DNA of 64,000 bases from an uncultured Chitinophagales bacterium (GCA_964473555.1 CAYYPL010000003.1:191166-255165), one strand, 5' to 3'. Shown: positions 9,550 to 19,356, counted from the first letter of the stretch. Numbers and translations: made by a program. Notes: a model not told the origin generated them from the letters alone.

Positions 9550-12036
9550 TTATTTAATTAACAACATCTTACGCATTTCTACAAAATTACCTGCTTCGAT
9601 GCGATAGATGTAAGTTCCGGAAGCCAGATTAGCTGCATTGAAATTCAACGTATGCATTCCGGAGGAGTACATTCCCTGAGCAAGGACAGCTACCTGTTGC
9701 CCCAGCACATTGAATACAGTCAGTTTCACATCAGATGCTTGTGGCAATACGAAACTGATATTCGTGGTTGGGTTAAATGGATTCGGATAGTTTTGGCTCA
9801 ATGCAAATCCACTTGGCATCTCGTCAAACTCTACGGAGGTCGTAATGACTTCAAACAGGTTCATTGAGTCGATACCAATTCTACCGGATGCATTGGAGAA
9901 CGTGATGGAGTTAGCACCAGCATTCAGCGTTGCGCCATTCAGACTAACGGTAACGAATGCTTCAGAGTTACCATTGAAAGTCAGGGTTCCGGCTGAAGTA
10001 CCATTAACAGATATATCAATGGATGCTGATTCACCTTCGAGAACTAAACCACGCACAGATACGATGTACGTTCCTGCATTGGTCACAGAGAAGCCCACAT
10101 CTGCTGAACCTGTTTTCATGTCAACATATGCATCACCGTTAGCACAGAGAGTTCCGGTACAGACCAGGTCGGCACCATTGAGGTTAGCTCGGGATCCCAA
10201 AAGTGTTTTCACCACATCATCACCTTTTAAGATCTCCACATTCTCATACTCCATGTATCCCCAGCTACGACCCAATGTGAGTTTATTGGATCCTGCATTT
10301 AATGTTACACCTTCCAGAGTGCCGTATGCCCATGGTAAATCTGCTGTGATATTCATACCAAGAGTAACGAAACCTACTTGAGTATCATTGATCAGAATGT
10401 TAGTCTGACGACCGGGATTTGAATCGGTGTACCAGGTTCTGTGTTTGACTTTGATCGTGTATTGACCCGTCTCTGCAACATCAAATTCCCAGTAAGGAAC
10501 ACCACTACCAGCTACACGAACGGCATAACGATCTTCCATCAGGGTAACTTCCGCATCTCCAGACACGTTGCCATCTTCTGCCTCAAAGGAACCAGCGTTC
10601 ACTAGTTCAGGAGCGGCACCTGCTAAACCTCGTATTTCAGCTTCTTGTTGCTCACGGGCATTATCCCAGGCAGCTTTTTGCTCTGGAAACCAGTTCAAGT
10701 CACCCAATGGGAATCCACCAATACCAGCAGTTTTGTGGGTTTCGTTGGTGTAAGATAGATTCTCAGGAAGCGGCCACTGAATCGAAAGGTTATTGTCTTC
10801 ACGACCCGGATCCCAATAGTAAGATGGTATCGTCTCTGATTGTGCACGAATTGCATTGATAAATGCGATCATTTCATCAAAGTTTTTGGCATAATTGACT
10901 AAACCGGGATTTGGTCCATCGAAGGTGTTTTGAATCACAATATTGTCATACTCATCCGCATAGTTTTGAGTACGTACGTTTACGAATGGTTGCTTGCGCA
11001 ATGGGAACTCATCCGTTGATGTTGACTGAAAGAAAGCATCAATTTCCGGATCTGTGTAATTGGAATTGTTAGAGAGCACTACCACACGCTCAATTTCAAG
11101 ACCATATCGGGTTGGAAGTTCATCGATGTAGAACATACCAGAAAACTGATTGTCTTCCTGTCCTAATCGGATAGAATTGAACCCTTCGGAACCTTCGCCA
11201 TGCCACCAGCCGTTTACAATCAGGTTGTTGGTGAAGAACGAGTTTTTGTGCCAGCCATGAAGCACGGGATGACGTCCAACATTCACGAAGGTATTGTGGT
11301 TGATCCATAGTTCACTTGCAACACCACCTTCAACCTGGATAGCAAATCCACCGATATGGAAGAATGTGTTGTTCACGATATGGACTTTTGCCATATCTGA
11401 CCAGATGGACATCCCACGACCACCCCAGGGTTGATTGGTAGAATGTAGGTTTCTGAATTTGGAGTTTTGAATATAGATTTCAGAACCCTGGCCGTAGAAA
11501 CCTAAGATTCCCCATGCAGCATATTCAAAAATCACATTATCAATCGTGTAATTCGCACCTGTAGCGTCGAATCTGAGGATTTCGTATGGTAAATCACCAA
11601 GTGTGGTTTTTCCATTGATAATCAGATTTTTCAGCAAAACATCGCCGCCGGCTGTTAAGATTTTATCGGATCGTGATCCATCTTCTCTATGTTCGAGTTG
11701 AATCATCGGCGGGTTTTTAAGAGGATCACTTGGATCACCCTCTTCTCCGACAATGCGTAGTGCAAAACCGTTGTTTTCGATTCTTTCAGTGATGTAATAG
11801 AATCCACCTTGCTCGAGTTGATAGATTCGATTCGGATTTGCTCGACTACCGTCAGCGAGTGTATCACCTGCAATAGCATTGTAGAGTGAATTGACGATAA
11901 GATTATTTCCGTCCAGCCAGGGTACAGTCATAATGTCGGAATCCTGTGCCACCGCCTTTTGGGAAGGGATAGCAAGAACCAACGCTAGAAGTACACATGA
12001 CAGCATTTTGTATGTGTTTTTCATTGTTTTCTCCAT
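9550..12036 (-). CDS. T9SS-secreted protein: N-terminal right-handed beta-helix region, two CBM6/35-like modules, Por C-terminal sorting domain
   Basis: Signal peptide. Repetitive N/G/I-rich beta-helix-like segment. GSFEAEDGNVSGDAEV...YTIKVKHRTWY is CBM6/35-like. The C-terminus LSQNYPNPFNPTTNISFVLP...GTYIYRIEAGNFVEMRKMLLIK matches the T9SS C-terminal domain (CTD) consensus. Confidence 0.75.
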   Translation of the reverse strand: MEKTMKNTYKMLSCVLLALVLAIPSQKAVAQDSDIMTVPWLDGNNLIVNSLYNAIAGDTLADGSRANPNRIYQLEQGGFYYITERIENNGFALRIVGEEGDPSDPLKNPPMIQLEHREDGSRSDKILTAGGDVLLKNLIINGKTTLGDLPYEILRFDATGANYTIDNVIFEYAAWGILGFYGQGSEIYIQNSKFRNLHSTNQPWGGRGMSIWSDMAKVHIVNNTFFHIGGFAIQVEGGVASELWINHNTFVNVGRHPVLHGWHKNSFFTNNLIVNGWWHGEGSEGFNSIRLGQEDNQFSGMFYIDELPTRYGLEIERVVVLSNNSNYTDPEIDAFFQSTSTDEFPLRKQPFVNVRTQNYADEYDNIVIQNTFDGPNPGLVNYAKNFDEMIAFINAIRAQSETIPSYYWDPGREDNNLSIQWPLPENLSYTNETHKTAGIGGFPLGDLNWFPEQKAAWDNAREQQEAEIRGLAGAAPELVNAGSFEAEDGNVSGDAEVTLMEDRYAVRVAGSGVPYWEFDVAETGQYTIKVKHRTWYTDSNPGRQTNILINDTQVGFVTLGMNITADLPWAYGTLEGVTLNAGSNKLTLGRSWGYMEYENVEILKGDDVVKTLLGSRANLNGADLVCTGTLCANGDAYVDMKTGSADVGFSVTNAGTYIVSVRGLVLEGESASIDISVNGTSAGTLTFNGNSEAFVTVSLNGATLNAGANSITFSNASGRIGIDSMNLFEVITTSVEFDEMPSGFALSQNYPNPFNPTTNISFVLPQASDVKLTVFNVLGQQVAVLAQGMYSSGMHTLNFNAANLASGTYIYRIEAGNFVEMRKMLLIK

Positions 12037-12069
12037 GATTTGTTTAGGGTAAGTTCTTCGTGTTGAGGG

Positions 12070-15048
12070 TTATTTAAATTGATATCTGACTCCCAGATCC
12101 ATCGTGAAACCGTAGTATTCGATGAAGGTGGGATAGTTTCCAATTGAGGACTGATAGTTCCTGTCGGCTCTGTTGTTCAGGTTGTTGAAGTTGCCAAATA
12201 CCTGAAGGTTGTAGGGGAGCTGTTGCTTCACCGAAAGGTCAAATCGGTAATAGTCTTCTGTGAATCGGTCATTCTCGGGATTCGATGCCAGTGATCTCAG
12301 GATATCAGACTGATATAAGTATGATGCTCGAATAGAGAAGCCTTTGTAATCATATCCCAGCGTGATGTTGGTAATGGAACTGGGCTGGTCCGGCATCCGA
12401 CCCACTCTGAACGTATCTACAATGACATCGCGTGTAAAAGGTGGACGAGCTGGTCGGGGTGTAATCGCGATCGACTCACGAGAGAATTGCGGATACTTTG
12501 TCTCCGACTCGAGTATAGTGAAGTTGACATTCAAGACCAGACCCTTCATAAAAGAGGGTAAATACCAGAAACTGGTCTGCCAATCTAATTCGACTCCTTT
12601 GACCGTGGCCAGATAATCGTTGTTCAGCGATGTTCCAACCCGGGGTACTCCATTCAGATTCGGAATTTTTATCTCAGGTAGAATGGTTTGACCTGCCAGT
12701 AACGGGAAATTGACACCCCAGATGAGTCCAGAGATTTCTTTATAGAATGCAGATACAGTAAAAAATCCCAGTTTATTTCGATACACGGACAGAGACGCAT
12801 CGTAATTCACAGATTCTGAAGTACGTAATTGCGTGTTTGGAGCACTTAACCAGTCCCGGAATCTACTCACATAGGTGATTGGAGCAAACTGACGGAAGGT
12901 CGGACGGGATAAGGTGTGCGTGTAAGCTAATCGGAGATTGATCCAGTCAACCGGCTTAATTTGAAGATGGACCATCGGAAGCAAATGCTGATTACTTCGA
13001 GTTGTGGATGTGTCCCGATAGGCAACGGTGGTAGGTAGGCCATTTACCCCTAAAGGACGATCTTCCGTTCCGAGAGTGAACTTGGCAGAGTAATCAGTAT
13101 GCTCCGTTTCGTATCTCACCCCAGGCATTAAGGTGACATAGTTACCAAAATTGATTTCGGTCATGGCATAAGCAGCTCCGTATTCCTCCATACCCTCATA
13201 ATCGTTACTCAAAGAACCTTGTCCCAGATAATTGAAATACGGCCTTAAGACATCCGTTACCTGTCGAAGCGCACTACCGTTCAACGTGTACCCAAGTGGA
13301 TATTCGCTATTTAAAAAATTGTCCCTGGTGTACGTATCCTGGAAAAATGTGAGCGGGAAACGGTTCATTCCTGTCTGAAGCCCTAAGTCAGGAAGTTGTT
13401 GGGCTACGATATTTCGTGCTTCCTGATCACCGCCGTAGTACATCCCACGACCAATTTCTTCCTGATCATGCACCCTATCCATTCTTCGGTACTTACCACC
13501 TGCTTTTACATACCCATTGATCTGTTTGGTAAGACTAAATGGCAGGGAAACATTCGCAAAAAAACCGGTTTCGTTTTCAGTCGTTTTACGATTCGTGATG
13601 TTCATAAAGTTGAAATAGGTGTTTTCAATATCATTTTTGAAAACACCGGGTATAGTTGCTGGGGGTGCAAATCGAATTTTACCTAGATCAGCTCCGTTGA
13701 AAGCACTTTCTTCCATGAAATCCCAGTAAAAGTCATTGGGATGTTTGTTGAGTGACGACGTGTAGGATCCGCCCACATCAAATCGTATCCAGTCAAAGTC
13801 TTGTTCGAGATTCACACTCGTTGTAAATATAGAAGCATCACCTTTTGATATACTGTAGCTGTACTTATGCTGATTGGACCCCACATTCAGTTCATTTGTC
13901 CTGGTAGATCCGTCATTTCCCAAATAGTTATAAAACGAATTGAATACGACTTTTCCTTCCCAGAAGGAGTAGTCCAACAAGAGATTCCCGCCAAGTCTAC
14001 TGCGCGTATTCGAGTTTTCCCTCAAGTTGAGTGAGGTAACATTGGGTGTTAATACATTCCCATTCTGTGGATTTGGAATCAGTTCGTATCCACCGCTAAA
14101 CTGATCTGCTGAACGGTCATAACTATCTGCATTGAAACCAACGATTACTCCAAACGTGTTGTCAAAGAAGCGCTTTCCAGTTGAACCCACAATCTTGTAA
14201 TTCCCGGTTGTACCTTGCAACGCAGTATACCCCCCAGAAAGCTGAAGGTCTGCAAACAAGCGTTCTGGAGCAGTACGAAGCCTTAAATCTACTGTCCCGC
14301 CAATGGCATCCGCGTCTTTGTCTGGAGTCAAGGCCTTAGTCACTTCGATTCCGTCAAGCATATTACTCGAAACCAAAGACAGATCAACGCTTCTGTCTTG
14401 TGTGTCTACCGAGGGCACTCTGACACCATTCACTGTAACCGTGTTAAATTTTGGTGAAAGTCCACGAATTGCGATTTTGTTCGCTTCGCCCCCGGAACGC
14501 TGAATCGCAACACCTGGCAAACGTCCGATAGACTCAGCTGCATTCACATCGGGTAATTCCTGTATCCTATCCGATGAAACAATATTCGTGATGGTGTTGG
14601 ATGTCCGTTGCTGATTGATAGCCGCCATCTGTCCACGGGCCTGAGCGGTTATAATGACATCTTCGCCCACAACCCCCTGCCATTCCATCTGGAAGTTCAC
14701 CACAAGAGTACGCTGACCAGCGGTTACTGTAATCTCACGGGTAATGGTAGTAAAGCCAATATAGGTCACTTCCAGCACATACGTTCCTGGCCGTACGTTC
14801 GGTATCACATACTGACCATCTAAATCCACCGCAGATCCAATACTGGTCCCTTTGATAATCACATTGGCCCCTAGTAGTGACTCATTCGACCCGACTTCTG
14901 TAACGGTACCTGATATCCGGGTTCCCGTCTGTGCATTTCCATCAATTGGTGACCAAACCAAAACCGAAAAAAGAATCCCGGCAACAATGGAAATATTGCG
15001 AGTAAGCTGTTTGAAGATATAAGACGAAATTTGATGGGTTTTACTCAT
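12070..15048 (-). CDS. TonB-dependent receptor with carboxypeptidase-regulatory-like N-domain (non-SusC, CUT-locus type)
   Basis: N-terminal ISGTVTEVGSNESLLGANVIIKGTSIGSAVDLDGQY (CarbopepD_reg). Plug motif IAIRGLSPKFNTVTVNGVRVPS. 992 aa. Confidence 0.85.
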   Translation of the reverse strand: MSKTHQISSYIFKQLTRNISIVAGILFSVLVWSPIDGNAQTGTRISGTVTEVGSNESLLGANVIIKGTSIGSAVDLDGQYVIPNVRPGTYVLEVTYIGFTTITREITVTAGQRTLVVNFQMEWQGVVGEDVIITAQARGQMAAINQQRTSNTITNIVSSDRIQELPDVNAAESIGRLPGVAIQRSGGEANKIAIRGLSPKFNTVTVNGVRVPSVDTQDRSVDLSLVSSNMLDGIEVTKALTPDKDADAIGGTVDLRLRTAPERLFADLQLSGGYTALQGTTGNYKIVGSTGKRFFDNTFGVIVGFNADSYDRSADQFSGGYELIPNPQNGNVLTPNVTSLNLRENSNTRSRLGGNLLLDYSFWEGKVVFNSFYNYLGNDGSTRTNELNVGSNQHKYSYSISKGDASIFTTSVNLEQDFDWIRFDVGGSYTSSLNKHPNDFYWDFMEESAFNGADLGKIRFAPPATIPGVFKNDIENTYFNFMNITNRKTTENETGFFANVSLPFSLTKQINGYVKAGGKYRRMDRVHDQEEIGRGMYYGGDQEARNIVAQQLPDLGLQTGMNRFPLTFFQDTYTRDNFLNSEYPLGYTLNGSALRQVTDVLRPYFNYLGQGSLSNDYEGMEEYGAAYAMTEINFGNYVTLMPGVRYETEHTDYSAKFTLGTEDRPLGVNGLPTTVAYRDTSTTRSNQHLLPMVHLQIKPVDWINLRLAYTHTLSRPTFRQFAPITYVSRFRDWLSAPNTQLRTSESVNYDASLSVYRNKLGFFTVSAFYKEISGLIWGVNFPLLAGQTILPEIKIPNLNGVPRVGTSLNNDYLATVKGVELDWQTSFWYLPSFMKGLVLNVNFTILESETKYPQFSRESIAITPRPARPPFTRDVIVDTFRVGRMPDQPSSITNITLGYDYKGFSIRASYLYQSDILRSLASNPENDRFTEDYYRFDLSVKQQLPYNLQVFGNFNNLNNRADRNYQSSIGNYPTFIEYYGFTMDLGVRYQFK

Positions 15049-15360
15049 GGCCAGGGAAGTTCATGTTAAGTTTATACTCAAATCATTTGATTAATTAGAT
15101 CGACAAATTCTTCACCCACATAACCTGTATTATAAAAGCGCTTTTTTATCGAATGATTATATGGGCGCGGATTACATAACTAGCTGTCTTGCCGAATAAT
15201 TTATCAATCAAATTGATTTAATACAAAACAACATTAATCAAAATATTTTACCAAGTCAAGGGTCCGTGGAATTATTACAAAATTTTAGGTACTTGGGATA
15301 AACCATCCAAACCGATACGATTGTATCCGTACGCTGAGGTATCGCAACTCACATCGATGT

Positions 15361-16284
15361 TCAACGACGTTGACCCAGAGTTACCTCAAGGCCCTTCTCT
15401 GCTGACAATGTAAATGTACTGCCGGCCGGAAGGACAAACAGCTGCATTCCTGTTGCTCCATGCATGTCGCCTGGTTGAACTAGATTGCTTATTCCATCTA
15501 CGAATAAAACAACCTGACTGTCCCCAATGACTTCAAAATGTCCGCCGGGACGGACCCACAAGGCTGTGGCTTCGTCGATACCTGCTGCGAATTGTTCCGG
15601 ATGATCCAGCAGTGTGCTGATCAACCGATTCATGCGGCTTCGTCGAATGAAATGCTGATCAATGATGATATGTGAGAGAAGTCCGATACCCGGACTGGTA
15701 ACCACATTATCTTTACGAATGGAGGCAAATGCCCGATTTTCGTCCGGACTCACCTCATCACCGGTGATCATGACCCGGCTCATGACCGCAGCACCAGCAC
15801 TGGTACCAGATATCACCGCTCCGTTTCTGTAGGCCTCGTGTATGGCTTCGATCAACATCCCATCGCCAAGGTACTCCATCAACCGATTCTGGTCGCCCCC
15901 GCTGAACCAGATTCCTTTGGCATTTCGGATCTGCTCTGCAATGGCCGGATCCGTTTTATCGTTTTCATCCATCATCAGGACGTCGACCTGTTTTGCACCA
16001 TAGCCATAAAACTGATCACGTTGCTCCCATCCCACCGTGTCTGGTATGGATGACGCCATAGGAATGATCAGAATGCTGCTATCAGGACTAAGCTCAACAA
16101 TCTTGTTCATAATAGACAATGGGCGCGGTCCGCCACCTACAATAACCAGATTACCTCCAGCTGAGTCAGAAGGGCTCGGATCGATAGCCTCAGCACTGAA
16201 TCCGGGTCTTTCTGTTGCTGACTGACTACATGATACTGTCAATAATGTGGCTACGACAAAGGCTAGTTTGATGGTGGATTTCAT
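15361..16284 (-). CDS. cphE: Cyanophycinase (peptidase S51), lipoprotein
   Basis: Motifs LVIVGGG, IWFSGGDQNRL and GTSAGAAVMS (nucleophile Ser). Signal with Cys (LTVSCSQ). Confidence 0.75.
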   Translation of the reverse strand: MKSTIKLAFVVATLLTVSCSQSATERPGFSAEAIDPSPSDSAGGNLVIVGGGPRPLSIMNKIVELSPDSSILIIPMASSIPDTVGWEQRDQFYGYGAKQVDVLMMDENDKTDPAIAEQIRNAKGIWFSGGDQNRLMEYLGDGMLIEAIHEAYRNGAVISGTSAGAAVMSRVMITGDEVSPDENRAFASIRKDNVVTSPGIGLLSHIIIDQHFIRRSRMNRLISTLLDHPEQFAAGIDEATALWVRPGGHFEVIGDSQVVLFVDGISNLVQPGDMHGATGMQLFVLPAGSTFTLSAEKGLEVTLGQRR

Positions 16285-16306
16285 AATATCTGAGTTGCGT
16301 GTATGA

Positions 16307-17404
16307 TTATTGCTGTTGAATCAGATTTCGAATCACTCGTGATGAAGCGTGCAGATCCTCAATCAGGATAAACTCATCGTCGGCATGTGGATTCTGGGCT
16401 CCGATTCCGATATTTATTGCCGGAAATCCGCGGGAGTTTAGGACATTGGCATCACTACCTCCTGTGTATCGAAGTGGGTTGACCTGGAGTCCGGCATCGC
16501 TTAACGCCTTTTCAATTCGTTGAACCATGGTCGATCCGTCAGAATGCGAATACGGTCCGAATTCGCGCACCGAGTTAAACTCAACCCCTGCGCCGTACGA
16601 CGCTGCCACCGATTCGAACAATTCCCGTGTCTCCGCAAGTAGCCTCCGTATTTCGGTGTCATCAACCGCCCTGATTTCTCCTACTACCACGCACTCAGGC
16701 GCCACCACATTCGTGGCCATTCCACCGTGAATCGATCCGATATTGATCGTGGTCATCTCTGCCAAACGACCAATCTGATACCTGGATATGGCATCTGCCG
16801 CCACTTTGATCGCACTGATTCCCGCCTCTGGATTCACCGCAGCATGAGCCGCCTTCCCCTTGAATGAGGCAGTGAATCCATAATTCCCCACACATTCCTT
16901 GATGTACGCTCCCGGGCGTCTGGCACTGTCAAAAACCCACACGGCCCGCACGTTAAATCCGCTTAAATCCAGCACTGCGGCCCCTTTCAACCCAATTTCT
17001 TCCGCAATTGAAAACACCGCAATGTAATTCCTGCTTTCCGCCTTCCACCGCTCCCATTCCGACAGCAGATCCATAACCAAGGCAACCCCTGCGCGGTTAT
17101 CCGCTCCCAGTTGGGAAGTCCCATCCGATTGCAAACGCCCCTCCCTTTCCACTACCTGGATCACCGAAGTATCTCGAACCGTATCCATATGAGCCATAAA
17201 CACATCTACTGGTATGGAACGATCTAAATGATGCGGAACCACGATCAGATTTCCCGTTGTGCCACCGAGCTTCTCCCCGGCATGGTCTTCAATAACATCA
17301 AACGGCAAACCAGTTAACTGCTCACGAATAAAAGCAGCCACTTTGTGCTCTTTGAGCGAGGTACCTTGGATTAATACGAGTTGTTTGAATAAGTCGATTA
17401 GCAT
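16307..17404 (-). CDS. M20-family metallopeptidase (PepT/YqjE-like di/tripeptidase)
   Basis: Motifs AHMDTV, GADNRAGVA and AEEIGLKGA. 365 aa, no signal peptide. Confidence 0.7.
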   Translation of the reverse strand: MLIDLFKQLVLIQGTSLKEHKVAAFIREQLTGLPFDVIEDHAGEKLGGTTGNLIVVPHHLDRSIPVDVFMAHMDTVRDTSVIQVVEREGRLQSDGTSQLGADNRAGVALVMDLLSEWERWKAESRNYIAVFSIAEEIGLKGAAVLDLSGFNVRAVWVFDSARRPGAYIKECVGNYGFTASFKGKAAHAAVNPEAGISAIKVAADAISRYQIGRLAEMTTINIGSIHGGMATNVVAPECVVVGEIRAVDDTEIRRLLAETRELFESVAASYGAGVEFNSVREFGPYSHSDGSTMVQRIEKALSDAGLQVNPLRYTGGSDANVLNSRGFPAINIGIGAQNPHADDEFILIEDLHASSRVIRNLIQQQ

Positions 17405-17480
17405 ATTTATGGTAATGGGAAGTTGGTAGTGGGGAAAATACTCGAACTAATCCCTTTTCCCAAATATCTACTATCTGTTG

Positions 17481-17571
17481 AGTACACAGTTCACAGTACA
17501 CAGTTCACAGTACACAGTACACAGTACACAGTTCACAGTTCACAGTACACAGTTCACAGTACATAGTACAC
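17481..17571. repeat. Tandem heptamer array (AGTWCAC)x13
   Basis: Direct reading gives agtacac agttcac agtacac agttcac agtacac x3 agttcac x2 agtacac agttcac agtacat agtacac. Confidence 0.95.
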
Positions 17572-17633
17572 ATATTGATGTACGCACAAAGCGCAGGAAA
17601 CGCAGAAAGTGCACGAGAACTTTGCTTAAATCA

Positions 17634-17690
17634 CTGCCCTTCCTGATCCTTCTGACCTTTCTGACCCTTCTGATCTTTCTGATCTTTCTC
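17634..17690. repeat. Tandem nonamer array (CTGAYCYTT)x6
   Basis: Direct reading gives ctgcccttc ctgatcctt ctgaccttt ctgaccctt ctgatcttt ctgatcttt. Confidence 0.9.
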
Positions 17691-17827
17691 CACCAGTTCA
17701 AATGAAAACTTACTCCAACCATCATCCATTTAACACATCTTGCTCTCTTGATCTAGATCACTATGAATTCCCAAAAATACCTTCTATCATCCCTCAAACC
17801 CCATTTATCTAACCTATTTCTGCTGTA

Positions 17828-19117
17828 ATGACGTATCAAAGAACGACTCCAGACGAAGCCGTAAAACTCATTAAATCCGGAGACCGTGTGTTTTTGCATG
17901 GAAGTGCGTCAACTCCGATCGATCTTATGGATGCTTTGGCCAGACGGGCCCACGAGCTTCGTGAAGTTGAGTTGGTAAACATAACTACGATTGGTAAAAG
18001 CGAACTGGTCAATCCGAAGTTTAAAGAATCCTTTTTCTTCAACTGCCTGTTTGTTTCCGAAAATCTGAGACCCACCCTTCGTGAGGGCAGAGGCGATTAT
18101 GTTCCGGTATTCCTGAGTGAAATATCACGCCTATTCGAGAAAGGATATTTACCATTGGATGTGGCTATGGTTCAGGTAAGTCCGCCTGACAAGCACGGAT
18201 TTTGTTCCCTGGGAACTTCCGTAGATGTGGCTCGATCGGCAGTCAAACACGCTAAACTGGTCATTGCTCAGATTAACAAGCACATTCCTCGAACCCACGG
18301 CGATGGAATTTTGCATATTTCAGATGCCAATGCGGTGGTTGAAATGGATCGTCCATTACCTGAAGTCAATTATGCTGCAGGACTCACGGAAGCTGACCAT
18401 AAAATAGGTCATTATATCGCTGAGCTCATTGAAGATGGCTCAACACTTCAGATGGGAATTGGATCCATTCCGGATGCGGTTTTATTATGCCTGAATTCCC
18501 ACAAAGACCTGGGGATTCACACGGAAATGTTTTCCGATGGTTTAATTCCTCTGTTAGAGTCGGGTGTGGTTACGAATTCCATGAAGCGTAAGCACCAGGG
18601 CAAAGTGGTATCCTCATTTGCAGTTGGAACTCAAAAATTGTACGATATGGTGGATGATAATCCCCTATTCACCTTTTTGGAAGCTGAATATGTAAACGAT
18701 ACAGCGGTTATTCGTCAGAATCCGAAAGTAGTAGCTATCAATTCAGCCATTGAAATCGATCTTACAGGACAAGTTTGCGCAGATTCGATCGGAACGGTGC
18801 AATTTTCGGGGGTTGGTGGACAAATGGATTTCATCAGGGGTGCATCCTTGTCGCAGGGAGGTAAACCGATTATCGCCATGCAATCTACCACCCCGAGAGG
18901 TGTCAGTAAGATCACTCCATTCTTGAAGGAAGGTGCAGGTGTTGTGACCACTCGTGCCCACACCCAGTATGTCGTGACCGAATATGGTGTGGCCAATCTG
19001 TACGGGAAAAATCTACGTCAACGGGCTCAGGCTCTTCGGGATATTGCACATCCTGATCACAGGGAAGAGTTGGATAGAGCTATTCATTTTCGCTTCGCGA
19101 GTGGAGAGCGTGACTGA
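17828..19117 (+). CDS. Acetyl-CoA hydrolase/transferase family (4-hydroxybutyrate/succinate CoA-transferase-like)
   Basis: 429 aa, with family-typical length and segments (LQMGIGSIPDAV, GQVCADSIG, SGVGGQMDF). Confidence 0.8.
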   Translation: MTYQRTTPDEAVKLIKSGDRVFLHGSASTPIDLMDALARRAHELREVELVNITTIGKSELVNPKFKESFFFNCLFVSENLRPTLREGRGDYVPVFLSEISRLFEKGYLPLDVAMVQVSPPDKHGFCSLGTSVDVARSAVKHAKLVIAQINKHIPRTHGDGILHISDANAVVEMDRPLPEVNYAAGLTEADHKIGHYIAELIEDGSTLQMGIGSIPDAVLLCLNSHKDLGIHTEMFSDGLIPLLESGVVTNSMKRKHQGKVVSSFAVGTQKLYDMVDDNPLFTFLEAEYVNDTAVIRQNPKVVAINSAIEIDLTGQVCADSIGTVQFSGVGGQMDFIRGASLSQGGKPIIAMQSTTPRGVSKITPFLKEGAGVVTTRAHTQYVVTEYGVANLYGKNLRQRAQALRDIAHPDHREELDRAIHFRFASGERD

Positions 19118-19356
19118 CGTCATGTTGAGTACAGCTTCGCTGTGGAGAGTGGTGCTTTGCTCCGGAGAGTTTTACTTCGCGGTGGGGCGTCTTCGACGCA
19201 GTTGGGCTGCACGGGAGGGAATGAATGGATAAAATCCGATTTTTAGGGAAGCTGCCCTTTCTGCACCCGTGCACTTCGTGCGCTATTTGGAATATATTGC
19301 TTGCCCGTTTTCCTGCTTGCCTGCTTTCCAGTTAGACCGCTGGTTTACTTATATAT

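Noticed and set aside
17481-17690. A CRISPR array (also considered for 29213-29355 and 31278-31364).
   Set aside because: The units are 7-9 nt and directly abutting, with no unique spacers, and no cas genes are in the window. These are microsatellite-like arrays, not CRISPRs.
17478-17705. The 75-aa ORF MSTQFTVHSSQYTVHSTQFTVHS... and the antisense ORF 17540-17725.
   Set aside because: The periodic peptide is simply the translation of the heptamer and nonamer tandem arrays. There is no plausible start context, and both strands stay open because the repeats lack stop codons.
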